Assembly: GCF_004010195.1 (NCBI RefSeq)
Contig: NC_057758.1
Coordinates: 248,784 to 312,783 of the forward strand
Length of the DNA: 64,000 bases
Direction of reading: 5' to 3'
Source of the DNA: Chiloscyllium plagiosum
Taxonomy: Eukaryota
The number at the start of each line of letters is the position of its first letter. Positions within the stretch are counted from its first letter, which is position 1. The translations under genes and the position numbers were made by a program. Positions 36,757-49,840 of the stretch are shown here, piece by piece. A model generated the notes under the pieces. It was not told the origin of the DNA. It did not search any database and saw only the letters and a program-made list of their open reading frames with translations.

Positions 36757-37624
36757 GCTCTCTTTAATACCTCTGTGCAATTCCCTTTCACCCTCTTCAT
36801 TACTTCCCACAAACTCAACTTTCATGTTTCTCAATTATTTTCCACTTTTTCTGTCTTGAAGCTCCTAAGTCGGAACAAAGAACGCACACTTTAACAAAGA
36901 AAATACTTTCTGAAATTTGAAGTAAAATTAAAAATTGACCAGAGCTGCCAAAACAGAACAGCTAATAGATATGCAGGACGGGAACCCCACTGTTCCCGTG
37001 CTTCATTCTTGCTCCGATTGGAGGTGCCACAGACCTCTCTGTGGACGATCCTCCTTTGATGCCCTCCTTGCTGCCTAACTTCTCTCCGGGACAATCCCAT
37101 CACGTGGCAGTACTCATACCGCTTACTTCTCCATAGACTTGTTCAAATATCAGTCACAGGTCCCCCTCATTCTTTTCAGTTCCTACCCACCTCTCACTCC
37201 TCAGTGATGGATCGACCTGTCAGTCCCTCATCATCTTTCTGAATATTGACACTTTCTTGCTTTCCCTCCCCTTTCTGACGCCACTCACAACCTACTCACA
37301 GCACAGGTTTTCCAAGAGGTTGTGATGTCGTTGTTTAAATTATCTTGCTTTTCCACTACTTCTCCCTTCCGTCAGTCACATTTAATTCCACACGAAACAG
37401 TTTCACCGCACGCTTCTCATTCCCAATGACACGCATTTCTCACTCCAATTGTTCCAACGATTAACAGTCTTCTCTGACTGACCTGAACTTGCCCCCACGC
37501 TTTGGACTGTTATTCTGAAGGGACAGCGCGTCAATTAAAGGAACAGTACAGCTTTTAACACGCCCTGCAAATAATTCGGAAAAGTGTGTTCTTTATCTTT
37601 GGGATGAGGGGTGAGATGGTCTCT

Positions 37625-38330
37625 CGGAGACAAGCAGATTTAACGCATCCAGAAACCCTCGCTACTCTCCCCGACATCAAGGACATTCGGAAATGACTGC
37701 CAGACTACACAGATCACTTGGAATTATGGTAACCCACAAACCCACCAACACACTAAAACAGCAACTAATGAACTTGAAAAACCCTATACAGAAAACAAGA
37801 AAAACTACTGTCGTTGACAAAAATAGTGTGCAAGAACTGTAACGAATACTACATTGGACAAACATGCAGAAAACCAGCCACCAGGATGAATGCACCTCCA
37901 CTAGCCAAAAAAACAACATGACCCTCTCTCACTCGTATTCCTATATACAGATGAGGAGGGGGGCAACACATGCATCCTACTATAAGTCAAATACAGACAT
38001 GCACGACAATTCCTAGAAGCTTGGCATTCCAACTGGAATGCAATCAGCAAACACATTGGATTGGACGACATTTACCACGCCCTAAAAATAAGAACACGAC
38101 ATGACATCGCCATAGGAAATTGCATCACTATAGGAAATGACATCAACAACCGAAGCAATTCCAGAAATATAAATAAAAAACGGGAAACACCAGCAGTGCT
38201 TCGTCCGGAGGCTCACTGAAGGTGTTACATAGTATGGTGATGAAACGTCTGAAAATGTACCTTCCAGCTCATCGAGCAAACCTACAACCAGAATCACAAC
38301 CTGAGCTACAAATCTTTTCAAAACTCGCTA
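37625..38330 (+). mobile_element. Older Penelope-like element 3' part (GIY-YIG and pLTR)
   Basis: VTHKPTNTLKQQLMNLK, CNEYYIGQT and ARQFLEAWHS motifs; decayed hammerhead at about 38215-38250; paralog at 46910-47620. Confidence 0.8.
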
Positions 38331-38899
38331 ATACCACACGTTGTGTTTGCACAGACTCGTCCACATTGACCTCACCATCTGATTGAGGCAATTTCTGGAA
38401 AACTATGTTACCAGACGAAACAATCTGCAGTGAAGTTATGTTTATTTTTCTCGGCAATTGCAAGTCAAGAAACCCACGTCTTCTACTTTAGTTCACACTT
38501 TAAACAAATACTTCCGCGTGTTTGATGCGATGTGATTGTTAGTTTGTTGCGATATTTGACACTGTTTCTGGAAGATAAAACTGGACTATATTTGGTGAGC
38601 TGCTTGGGACACGCTAGTAAAGATTTAGAAAGCAAAATATGGATTTGCGACCAGAAGCACTGGAATATTTTCTCTTTCTCCTACGACAGGAGATAACCCC
38701 TCCCATATCCCCTTGTCCAGACTGTTCAGCATTTTGCGCTCTTCAATCAAGTAATAGGCTGCTGCTTCATTCGACTCTTCAAAACTCAAGTGGGAACAAG
38801 CCCAGTCTGTGCAACCTTTACCCAGGAAATAGCCCCCTCGCTGAAGTCATTAAACCAGGAATCTTCCCCTGAACAAACTCGAATGCAAACATATCCTCT

Positions 38900-39083
38900 A
38901 GGAGAAAGTGAGGACTGCAGATGCTTGAGATCAGAGCTGAAAATGTGTTGCTGGAAAAGCGCAGCAGGTCAGGCAGCATCCAAGGAGCAGGAGAGAAGAA
39001 GGGCTCATGCCAGAAACGTCGTTTCTCCTGCTCCTTGGATGCTGCCTGACCTGCTGCGCTTTTCCAGCAACACATTTTCAGCT
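38900..39083. mobile_element. Fold-back Penelope-derived element
   Basis: Inverted arms GCTGAAAATGTGTTGCTGGAAAAGCGCAGCAGG. Confidence 0.75.
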
Positions 39084-39369
39084 GCGAACATATCCTGCGT
39101 TCAATTACGAATCCAGAATTCATATAACATTCCAGATCTGATATTCTCAGCCCGCTATATAACTAAAACATCACATGTGCATGCACTCCATCTCCTCTGA
39201 AGAACAGAACGCCATTAGCCTCCTTCAATACGTTTTGTGTTCATCTAATACCTTCTTGGGCACGTGTGCGTGAAGATGTAAATCATTCTAAGCCAGCAGA
39301 ATTTTGTAGTGATTCCCTGTTGTAACGATATTTGCTTTTATTTTTAAGATTTTCTGTCAAATCAGCTTG

Positions 39370-40500
39370 CCATTTTCCCACACTGTATTCCAGATGCCCG
39401 ACTTTTGACCATTCAATCAATCTGTGCCTGTGAGTCTACAAGCGCTTTGTGCTTCTCCAAAACGTATGTCTCCTGTCGATCTTGTTGCTGTCTGTGAATT
39501 TTACTGTTTCACCTTCTCTCCATTCTGCAAGTTCATGGGAAAAATACCTGTCTTTTGTTTCCATGCGTCTTGTCTCTTATTATTCCTAGTACTCTGTCAC
39601 AATTTAAAAAAAAACTATCTATCAAACACACTGGGAAACTCCTTAATGGAAGACTCTTGCCTCTTCTCAATCTTACGTTTTGTTTCTCTGTCATAATGTT
39701 TCACATCCCCTGAATCTTCTGACATCTTCTTGATTTTCAGTTGTATTTCCTAGGTGACACCTGTTATCAACTTTTTTTTTCAGGTTTGTCTTAGCACATT
39801 TGTTTAATATAGTGCTGTCCAATTGATTGGTCATGCTTTGAAGCTTGCGTAATAAAGCATTGATCGTACCTGTATCATGACATTTTAAAGGTAGCTTAAT
39901 GTTTACTTAAAACCTCTTCTAGCTCCTCTTCCATTGAAGACTTCTCTAGGCCAAATCTTAGTCTGATCGAGCATTGTCCTTCTCAATACCGTTCGTGAAA
40001 TTCTTATAAAATGATCATTGCCTCCAAAATGTGCTCCCACTTGATCTACTCGGCCTGGCTCCTTCCCATGCGTCTGGTCTGCCAATAACTTCGTTCTCGT
40101 TGGACTGGACACATAATATGTGCAAAGGCCTCCTGACTGGAAACTAAGCACACTTGCTTCTACTGCCAAATCCACTGTTCCAATCTGCATTTAGGTCAGC
40201 ATTCCCCCTCGATTACAACAACTTGTATATATCTGTACCTCTCAATAATTTCTCGACAGGGTTTTGTTCCTGTGGATTCTTCCCACAAGTCCACTTTCGA
40301 ATATAATGATTCTTCCACGTTCGTCTTGTAAGCTTGATTCTGCCTTTGAAGCTTCTTGAACTTCCTAATTTTCCTTTCTACAATTCTATCCTGAACTGAC
40401 ACTGCTACCAATCTTTCCGATCATTTCAGAACACCTTGTAGCCAGGAATATTTGACATCCCGTATTGCCCTGCCTGATGCTTGGCTCATCTCGATTTAGT
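39370..40500 (-). mobile_element. Very degraded CR1-type LINE body
   Basis: Scattered similarity to the CR1 ORF2 minus strand. Confidence 0.45.
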
Positions 40501-40519
40501 GCTCTGATATTTTTCAGGC

Positions 40520-40850
40520 TTTCTCTCTCGCTTTGTCATTCGCTCTCCCACCGTCACACTCTCAACACGTTTTGCTTTTATTGTTTGTGTTTCTCTCCTT
40601 CTCTCCTTCTCTATTTCTCTCCTTCTACTAACTCTTATCTCTCTTTTCCTCCATTCTACATAAGTGTCTATCTCTGTCTATCTTTCCGAGATCGATATCT
40701 GCCTGTCTTTCTTTTGATGTCGCCCGCTTTCTGACTGTCTTCCTTCATTCCGGTCTGTGTACATCTCTTTTCTACGCTTCTTCACTATCGCTACATGTTG
40801 GCCTCTTAATCTCTCTTTATTTCGCAATCTCATTCTGTTTTACATATTTT
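40520..40850. repeat. CT-rich low-complexity tract
   Basis: Pyrimidine-rich simple sequence. Confidence 0.75.
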
Positions 40851-40851
40851 T

Positions 40852-40975
40852 CTCGACGGGCTTTTGCCCAAAACGTCGATTTCGCTGCTCCTTGGATGCT
40901 TCCTGAACTGCTGTTCTCTTCCAATACCACTATTCCAGAATCTGGTTTCCAGCATCTGCAGTCATTGTTTTTACC
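40852..40975 (+). mobile_element. Penelope-derived pLTR fragment
   Basis: GGGCTTTTGCCCAAAACGTCGATT followed by the family arm sequence. Confidence 0.65.
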
Positions 40976-41219
40976 ATATTTTTCTCGCGTCAATCTCACT
41001 CAGAGTGTTCAAAAGGAACACCAAAACACGGGAAACTTTAGGCTGTTCACTTCCTCAAGACTGTTCGGCCATTTAAAACAATGATGGTTGATCAAATCTC
41101 TGCCTAATGCTCACTTTTCTGCCCGTCCCCTTCAATCTTCAAAACTGAAACATCTGTCGACCTCCTTCTTAAACTTACTTGGTGCCCTGAAACCTACCAC
41201 GCTCTAAGAAATCCACATA

Positions 41220-42235
41220 TGGAGGCCTGTAACCAGTGGAGTGCCACAAGAATCTTTCCTCCGTCAAGTCCTCTCCGTGATTTATATAAATGATTTGATT
41301 TGAGCATAAGATGTATCGTGAATAAGTTTGCAGATGACACCAAATTTGGAGATGTCATGGATAGCGAAGAAGATTACCTGAAATGACAACAGGATCTTGA
41401 TCAGGTGGGCAATGGCTCGAGAGTTGGCAGATGGAGCTTAATTCAGGTAAATGCGAGGTGCCATATTTAGGAAAACAAATCTTACCAGGACTTACACACT
41501 TAATGTTAAGGTCCTAGGGAGTGTTGTTGAAATCATAGACTTTGGAGTGCAGTTTCATAGCTCCTTGAAAGTGGAGTGGCAGATACATGGTATAGTGAAG
41601 AAGGCGCTTGGTACGCTTTCCTTTATCGTTCAGAGTACTGAGTACAGGAGTTGGGAGGTCATGTTGCGGACATTGGTTAGACCACTGTTGGAATATTGCG
41701 AGCAATTCTGGTCTCCCTTCTATCGGAAAGATGTTGTGAAACTTGAAATGCTTCAGAAAAGATTTCCAAGGATGTTGCCAGGATTGGAGATTATGAGCTA
41801 CAGGGAGAGGCTAATCAGGCTGGGGCTGCTTTACCTGGAGCGTCAAAGGCTGAAGGGTGACCTTATAGAGATTTACAAAATTATAAGGGGCATGGATAGG
41901 ATAAATAGACAAAATCTTTTCGCTTGGTTGGGGGAGTCCGGAACTAGAGGGCATAGGTTTAAGGTTAGTGAGGAAAGATACCTTAGATGCATTTTTTTCA
42001 CCCAAAGGGTGGTACGTGTGTGGAATGAGCTACGAGACGAAGTAGTGGAGTCTGTTACAATTGCAACATTTAAAAGACATTTGGATGGGTATATGGATAG
42101 GAAGGGTTTGGAGGGATTATGGGCCAGGTGCTGGCAGGTGAGACTAGATTGGGTTGGGATATCTGGTCGGCTTGGACTGGTTGGACAGAAGGGTCTGTTT
42201 CAATTCTGTACATCCGTATAATCGATGACTCTATA
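41220..42235 (+). mobile_element. CR1-type LINE RT/C-terminus and tail
   Basis: KFADDTK and the ORF at 41451-42221. Confidence 0.92.
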
Positions 42236-43580
42236 TTGATGTTCCTTGGAGTGAAGTAATTTCTCAACACATCGGATTTAAATATGCTGCCCTTGTTGCC
42301 TTTGTTGCCTAAAACAGTGACTTCTCGTTTTAGAATTCTCTACACGAAGAATCATTCTCTCGACGTCTCGCTTCTGAATCACTTCAGTATCTTATAGACC
42401 TTAACTAGATCTTGTCTCAATCCTCTGAACTCCGGAGGCAGTGTGCAGTCTAAACTGCTCGATGCCTCTCCATAAGATAAAACGCTCACCTTTGGAAAAC
42501 ATCTAGCTTTTATTCCAAATTTTCTACTCAAAATGAACACAACCTTTACTGAAAATAAATAATATGCAGTCAGGTGGTTTATTTATTCAGCGTGAGATTT
42601 CAACAACGTATCATACAATTATTCAACATGTGTGGTTCATTTTCCTAAAGATCAATCATACAGATCATTACGTGACTGTTATGCTTTTTAAAAATTATTA
42701 TCCACAGTTTATCTGAAAATACTGAGGATTTTCTGAATTCAGATGGACAAATTGTGATCAAGTTTTTTAAACTCAGAGTCGTGTCAACTCCTGCACAGAC
42801 ACAGAAACCGTCACTAACAAAACCCTCCCTCTGCTGTTGTTGTGTAAACAAGCACGCACTCACAAAATTACTCACTCATGGACATATATTCACACTCTCA
42901 CTGAGGCACACACATTTCCACTGCCACACGCACAAATACACAAAGACTGAGACATGCACACTCACACAGGTACACGCAACAAAACACTTACAAGCAGTCG
43001 TACACTAACAGAGGCTGGCACTCATACAATATTAGTTTTATATGACCACGTGCACAAACAACTGATACACGCACTCATAGAGATACACATTGATGCACAC
43101 AACAAAACAATAATTGACCCGCACACATACACTGACGCACATGCTTGCACATTCATACAGAGCCATGCATTCATACAAACAGACTGAAAAAGATGAATGC
43201 TCCCATACACCGATACACACACGAGCAAACACACACCCACACTGACACAGTAACACTCTCAGACAAATAGCAATACCCGCCAGGATACATAGAGTCACGC
43301 ATAGCTTCACAGAGTCTCATCCACTCAGAGAAATATAAACACACCCACACGCAGACTCACACTCACGCGTTCACATGCATAGGCACATTCACAGTCACAT
43401 AAACAAAATCATGGACACACATGCACACAATCCCTTACATATTCAGACACACACAAGATCACACAAGTATATAAAAACAGACTCACACACTATCTCATAA
43501 AGTCATACAGACACAGACATGCATAAAGATATAAAAACTTTGACAGACAAAGAGACATAATGTGCAACATGTAATGTTGT

Positions 43581-43885
43581 GGGCGGCATGGTGACACAAT
43601 GGTTAACATTGCTGCCTCACAGTGCCAGAGACCTGGGTTCAATTCCCACCCGTGTGGAGTTTGCACATTCTCCCTGTGTCTGCGTTGGTTTCCTCCAGGT
43701 GTTCCGGTTTCCTCCCACAGTCCAAAAAAATGTTCAGGTTAGATGAATTGGCCACGCTAAATTGCCCATAGTGTTAGGTGAAGGGGTCAATGTCGGGGAA
43801 TGGATCAGGATGGGTTTGTCTTCGGAGGGTCGGTGTGGACTTGTTGGGCTGAAGGGCCTCTTTCCACACTGTAAGTAATCTAAGC
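43581..43885 (+). mobile_element. HE1/V-SINE-type SINE, specific to copy B
   Basis: TSD TAATGTTG (43572-43579 and 43886-43893); empty site at about 32768. Confidence 0.9.
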
Positions 43886-45325
43886 TAATGTTGGTGGTGC
43901 GGACTAACCGATATTCGGTTACACAGAGAATGTGTGGTGCACAATAATACAATATCTTCTGTCTGAAGAAACTGGTGTGTGAACTCTCAGCAGGGGCATA
44001 TTGTCTACAATGATACTATGTCTACTTTGTGGTTGAATAGATATTTGGACATTCGAATGTTTGTAACTTACGTCTCATCTGCTGTAATACAACGTCAACT
44101 GATTGGTATGGTTGATAATTGGACACTCGTCAGTGTGCAGACATTAATAAAACAATTCCTGCAGTAACACAATGCATACTGAGTTGGGCCGCTGATATGT
44201 GGACACTCAGCCTCATGCTCCTCTCTTGTCTACAGTAATGCGTGAGATGACTGACGTTTGAACATACAGAAATGTGTATTGTCTATAGCAATACACTATT
44301 TACTGTTGGGACACCAGATGATTGGGCAGTCAGCACTAAGCAACCTGTGCACGGCTCACAATGAAATTATACTGGCTGTAATACAAAGTCGATAGTGCAG
44401 TGGAAATTCAGCTGTGTCCAGCCTGTGTGTTGAGCACGCAATGAGATGCTGGATCTTTTTAAGTCCTTGCCAGGGGACATTGCTGCCTTTGTGGAACACT
44501 TAGAGAGTGAATGGTGACTTGAGGCGCATAAGATCCGTTTTACAGGCAATTGTTTAACAGACCGACTGACTGCTTAAAATAATCAAAGATTGTTTCAATC
44601 ACATCGATGAAATGGAAATATTTCTTTATATTGCGCCCGCCTGCGAGCATTTCAACAAACCTTGCATCCGTGACGAGTATTGAGATTCCAAATGATTCTC
44701 AAATAATGGGTGACTGTCAAAGAGCTAACAATAACAGGCAGATTGTTGAGGAATCTTGTACTGTGAAGGAGGGATCCTTTATATCTTCTTACTTTTGACA
44801 CCGGACGGCTGGGCTCATACACCATACTCTCACATCAAACCTACAAAGCATAAACCTAAGTTTGAAATAGCCCTAATATTTTGATCAGACTGAAGAATCG
44901 TTGTTGTTTTTTGATGCCGAATTGGCAAGGGGAAAGCAAAAATTGTTTGTGCCTGTGTTTAAACCCATTGAAAGGGACGGGGAATGACGTGTTTGCATCT
45001 TTGAAAGAAGCTGGAAGATTATGCCTAAACCATTGTTTCTGTTTTTCTAATGATTCTGGTATGACGTTCCTTTCCGATTACATATATACTTCCAACCCCG
45101 CCTGGTATGATTGTTTACACTCCTCTCAGCATGTAAGGGTACAGTTAATCAAACTTGAAAGACATTTTCCAACTCACCCATCTCCCAGTTCCTAGTAGTG
45201 TATATCTATTGTTTCCCGAAGTTCTGCCATCTCAAAATTTCTTGGAAGTAGATGCGAAGATTGTCAAGTCAATGGTCTTTCTCCAGAAAGTATCTTCGAC
45301 GAAACCAGCCGTTCCTTTGTTGCAA

Positions 45326-45590
45326 AGATTAGATTACTTACAGTGTTGAATCAGGCCCTCCGGGCCAACAAATCCACACGGACCCGCCGAAGAGCAACCC
45401 ACCCACACACCTACATTTACTCCTTCATCTAACACTACGGGCAATTTAGCATGGCCAATTCACCTAACATGCATTTCTTTAGACTGTGGGTGGAAACCGG
45501 ATCACCCGGAGGAAACCCACACAGAGAACATGCAAACTCCACACAGACAGTTGCCCGAGGTGTGATTTGAATCCGGGTCTCTGGCAAAGT
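45326..45590 (-). mobile_element. HE1/V-SINE-type SINE
   Basis: GATTAGATTACTTACAGTG tail and SINE body. Confidence 0.85.
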
Positions 45591-46909
45591 GGCAGCGTTA
45601 TCTCCATATTAAAACAATAACAGCAGTCAAAATCAGTGCATGTTTGTCCAACATTCTGAGACGTCGTGGATGTCTGCAAAGTGCTGTCAGCTACTTATTT
45701 TAATTCTGTATCTTTCCTGAATTGCTGATTTCCAAGTAACTCACGCTGCTGAACACCCCTGCAACCACACCACTCTCGCCACTTTAATTTCTATCAGGAG
45801 ACTGTATCCCTCTGTTTCTACCCGACCATTCTCGGTCTGATGCTCTCTTTAATTCCTCTGTGCAATTCCCTTTCTCCCTTCTCATCACTTCCCACAAACT
45901 CAACTTTCATGTTTCTCAATTATTTTCCACTTTTTCTATCTTGAAGCTCCTAAGTCGGAAGAAAATACGCACACTTTAACACAGAAAATACTTTCTGAAA
46001 TTTGAAGTCAATTTAAAGATTGGCCAGAGCTGCCAAAACAGAACAGCTAATAGATAGGCTGTCCAAAAAATAGTTGCATGCAACAGTTAGCAGTTCAATG
46101 GATACCCGAGATTTGGTTGCTGTTTTCAGATCAATTCAATTTCCGTCTATTAATTTAAATTCAGCCGAGGATACTTAAACCAAACTGAGTTTGAATTTAC
46201 TGTATTCACAGGATCGGAATGGCGTAGGTGTGATAAACAAACCCCACTGTTCCTGTCCTGCATTCTTGCTCCAATTGGAGGTGCCACAGACCTCTCTGTG
46301 GATGATCCCACCTCGCGGCCCACCTTCTCTCCTAGTCCATGCCATCACATGGCAGTACACATACCGCTTACTTCTCCACAGACCTGTTCGAATATCTGTA
46401 AGTAATCTAATATTTAAAACCTGTTCAAATATCAGACACAGGTTCCCCTCATTTTTTTCAGTTCCTACCCATCTCTCGCTCCTCAGTAGTGCATCGACCT
46501 GTAAGTCCATCATCATCTTTCTGAACATTGACACTTTCTTGCTTTCTCTCCTCTTCGACGCCACTCACAATCTACTCACAGTACAGGTTTTCCAAGAGAT
46601 GACGACATCGTTGTTTAAATAATCTTGTCTTTCCATTGGTTCCCCCTTCCGTCAGTCACATTTAATTCCACACCAAACGGTTTCCCTGTGCGCTTCTCAT
46701 TTCCAATGTCATGCCTTTCTCTCTACATTTCTCCCACCGATTAACAGTCTTTTCTGAATGGCCTGAATTTGCCCCCATGCTTTGGACTTCTAGTCCGAAG
46801 GGACAGCGCGTTAATTAAAGGAGCAGTGCCGCTTTTAACACGCCCTGCAAATAATTCGGAAAGGTGTGTTTTTTTTCTTTGGAATGAGGGGTGAGATGGT
46901 CTCCAGGGG

Positions 46910-47620
46910 ACAAGCAGATGAAACGCATCCAGAAACCCTCGCTACTTTCACCGACATCAAGGACATTTCGGAAATGACTGTCAAACTACTCAGATCCCTT
47001 GGAATTACGGTAACCCACAAACCTACCAACACATTTAAACAGCAGCTAATGAATTTGAAAGACCCTATACAGACAACAAGCAAAACTATTGTTATTTACA
47101 AAAAGAGTGTGCAAGAGCTGTAAAGATTCCTACATTGGACACACGCAGAAAACCAGCCACCAGGATACATGAACATCAACTAACCAAAAACAACATGAAC
47201 CTCTCTTACTAGTATCCCTACATATGGATGAGGATGAAACCACTTCGACTGGGACAACACATCCATCCCAGTACAAGGAAAACACAGACATGCACGACAA
47301 TTCCTTGAAGCATGGCATTCAAACCGGAATTCAATTAACAAACACATTGAATTCGATTACATTTGCCACCCCCTAAGAAAAAAGAACATGATACAGCATC
47401 GCTATTGGAAATGGCGTCACAAAAGGAAATTACATCACCAACACCCGAAATCCCAGAAATATAAAGGAAAGCAGGAAACACCAGCAGTACTTCGTTCGGA
47501 GGCTCACAGACGATGGCACATATTATGGTGATGAAACATCTGAAAATGAACCTTCCAGGTCAGCGAGCAAACCTCCATCCAGAATCTCAACCTGAGCTAT
47601 AAATCCTCTCAAAACTTACT
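46910..47620 (+). mobile_element. Penelope-like element 3' part (paralog of 37625-38330)
   Basis: HKPTNTFKQQLMNLKDP and IHEHQL motifs. Confidence 0.8.
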
Positions 47621-47869
47621 AATACCACACGGTGTGTTTGCACAGACTCATCCACATTCAACTCACCATATGATTGAGGCAAGTTCTGGAAAACTGTGGT
47701 ACAAGACGAAACAATCTGCAGTGAAGTTACGTTTCTTTTTCTAAACGATTGCAAATCAAGAGACCCACGTCTTCTACTTTAGTTCACATTTTACCAAGAG
47801 TTTCAGCGTGTTTGATCCGATGCGATTATCAGCTTGCTGAGATATTTGACACAGTTTCTGGAACAGACT

Positions 47870-49345
47870 CAGAAAGAGAGAGGATGGGAGAGAGAGAGAT
47901 ATAAAACGTGAGATATAACGACAGGGAAGGGGATGGAGAGTGGGAGAAGGAAAGAGGAGCGGACAGAGACGGAGAGAGGGGAAGCAGAAAAGATGAGGAG
48001 CATATACAGGGAAGGTGAAGCAAAAAGCGAGAGACGTACAGAGAAAGAAAGAGAGGGATCGAATCAGAGAAATAGGACGTGGAAGGTGAAAGAGATAGAG
48101 AGGGGAGCAGATAGCCAGGAGGGAGACAGAGGGACTGAGAAAGAGAGAGATTGCAAGGGTAAAGAAAATAAGACATATAGAGAGACAGAGGCACATAGAG
48201 AGAGACGGAGAGGAAGAGATATAGGGACAGAAGGACTGAGAGATAGAGACGCCGAGAGAAAGAGAGACTGAGTGGGATAAGGAGAGGGAGGCGGCATAAT
48301 ATAGAGAGTGGTGGAGACAGGGACAGAGAGAGACAGAGAGATATTAAAAGATAGATCACGAGAAGGAAAGGGTGAGATTGAAACGGGCAAAGATAGAATA
48401 GAAAGATAGGGCGAAGAGCAGAAANNNNNNNNNNNNNNNNNNNNNNNNNNNNNNNNNNNNNNNNNNNNNNNNNNNNNNNNNNNNNNNNNNNNNNNNNNNN
48501 NNNNNNNNNNNNNNNNNNNNNNNNNNNNNNNNNNNNNNNNNNNNNNNNNNNNNNNNNNNNNNNNNNNNNNNNNNNNNNNNNNNNNNNNNNNNNNNNNNNN
48601 NNNNNNNNNNNNNNNNNNNNNNNNNNNNNNNNNNNNNNNNNNNNNNNNNNNNNNNNNNNNNNNNNNNNNNNNNNNNNNNNNNNNNNNNNNNNNNNNNNNN
48701 NNNNNNNNNNNNNNNNNNNNNNNNNNNNNNNNNNNNNNNNNNNNNNNNNNNNNNNNNNNNNNNNNNNNNNNNNNNNNNNNNNNNNNNNNNNNNNNNNNNN
48801 NNNNNNNNNNNNNNNNNNNNNNNNNNNNNNNNNNNNNNNNNNNNNNNNNNNNNNNNNNNNNNNNNNNNNNNNNNNNNNNNNNNNNNNNNNNNNNNNNNNN
48901 NNNNNNNNNNNNNNNNNNNNNNNNNNNNNNNNNNNNNNNNNNNNNNNNNNNNNNNNNNNNNNNNNNNNNNNNNNNNNNNNNNNNNNNNNNNNNNNNNNNN
49001 NNNNNNNNNNNNNNNNNNNNNNNNNNNNNNNNNNNNNNNNNNNNNNNNNNNNNNNNNNNNNNNNNNNNNNNNNNNNNNNNNNNNNNNNNNNNNNNNNNNN
49101 NNNNNNNNNNNNNNNNNNNNNNNNNNNNNNNNNNNNNNNNNNNNNNNNNNNNNNNNNNNNNNNNNNNNNNNNNNNNNNNNNNNNNNNNNNNNNNNNNGAC
49201 ATAGGGGCAGAGAGGTTGAAATGAGAGGCACAGAGAGCGGAAGGGAAGAGAAGAGAGGTAGAAAGATAGAGAAAATGATGGTGAGACGAGACAGAGGAGG
49301 CAGAGAGAGATAGGGAGAAAAGTAGAGTGGGATAGAGACAGAGGC
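47870..49345. repeat. GA-rich low-complexity tract containing an assembly gap (48425-49197)
   Basis: Purine-rich simple repeat and N run. Confidence 0.85.
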
Positions 49346-49639
49346 GTGCCTGAAATGTGACTCTTCTTTTCCTTTGATGCTTCCTGACCTGATGTGCATT
49401 TGTCAGCTCCTCATCTTATCTAGTCTTCCCAAAGAGGAGAATTGGACACCAACTGTGGCTGCGAGTGGTAATTTTGGAGTTGAGAGGTCCAAAGCACAAC
49501 GGCTCTCCTGCCTACTGAGTTGGGTTAGATGGCTACCATTGCCAAAACTACACATGCATTTTTCTAACATAATAAATTAAGATGTAATGTCATCTTTATG
49601 TCTGTCACCTTTTTTTTCTCCAGTTCTCCTTTCGGGAAT

Positions 49640-49840
49640 CATGATTTGAGGGGCAGGTGTTGAACTGGGGTGTTCAAAGTTAAACATCACACAACACCAG
49701 GTTATAGTCCAACACCAGGTTTAATTGGAATCACGAGCTTTGCAGCACTGATCTTTCATCAGGTGGTTGTGGAGTAAAAAATCTAAGGACACAGAATTTA
49801 CAGCAAAAGACTACAGCATCATGTAACCAAAATCATATGC
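49640..49840 (-). mobile_element. Penelope-derived fragment (same family as 36550-36756)
   Basis: ATCACACAACACCAGGTTATAGTCCAACA and a decayed antisense hammerhead TTCATCAGGTG. Confidence 0.6.

Larger units (their letters stand above)
31105..38575 (+). repeat. Segmental duplication, copy A
   Basis: Colinear with 42170-47865; for example GGAAAACATCTAGCTTTTA occurs at about 31421 and 42493, and GATATTTGACAC.GTTTCTGGAA at about 38551 and 47841. Confidence 0.9.
42170..47865 (+). repeat. Segmental duplication, copy B
   Basis: Colinear with copy A but with different insertions. Confidence 0.9.

Noticed and set aside
37270..37330. Ig/TCR J segment or RSS in the duplicated unit
   Set aside because: There is no heptamer-spacer-nonamer pair and no FGxG/WGxG motif.
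46175..46622. Overlapping 129-aa and 143-aa ORFs in duplicated copy B
   Set aside because: Frames are not preserved in copy A, they include a copy-specific micro-insertion, and no domain is recognisable.
49460..49510. Sm-site-like AATTTTGG followed by a hairpin (possible snRNA)
   Set aside because: There is no match to recalled U1/U2/U4/U5/U7/U11/U12 sequences and no supporting promoter elements.
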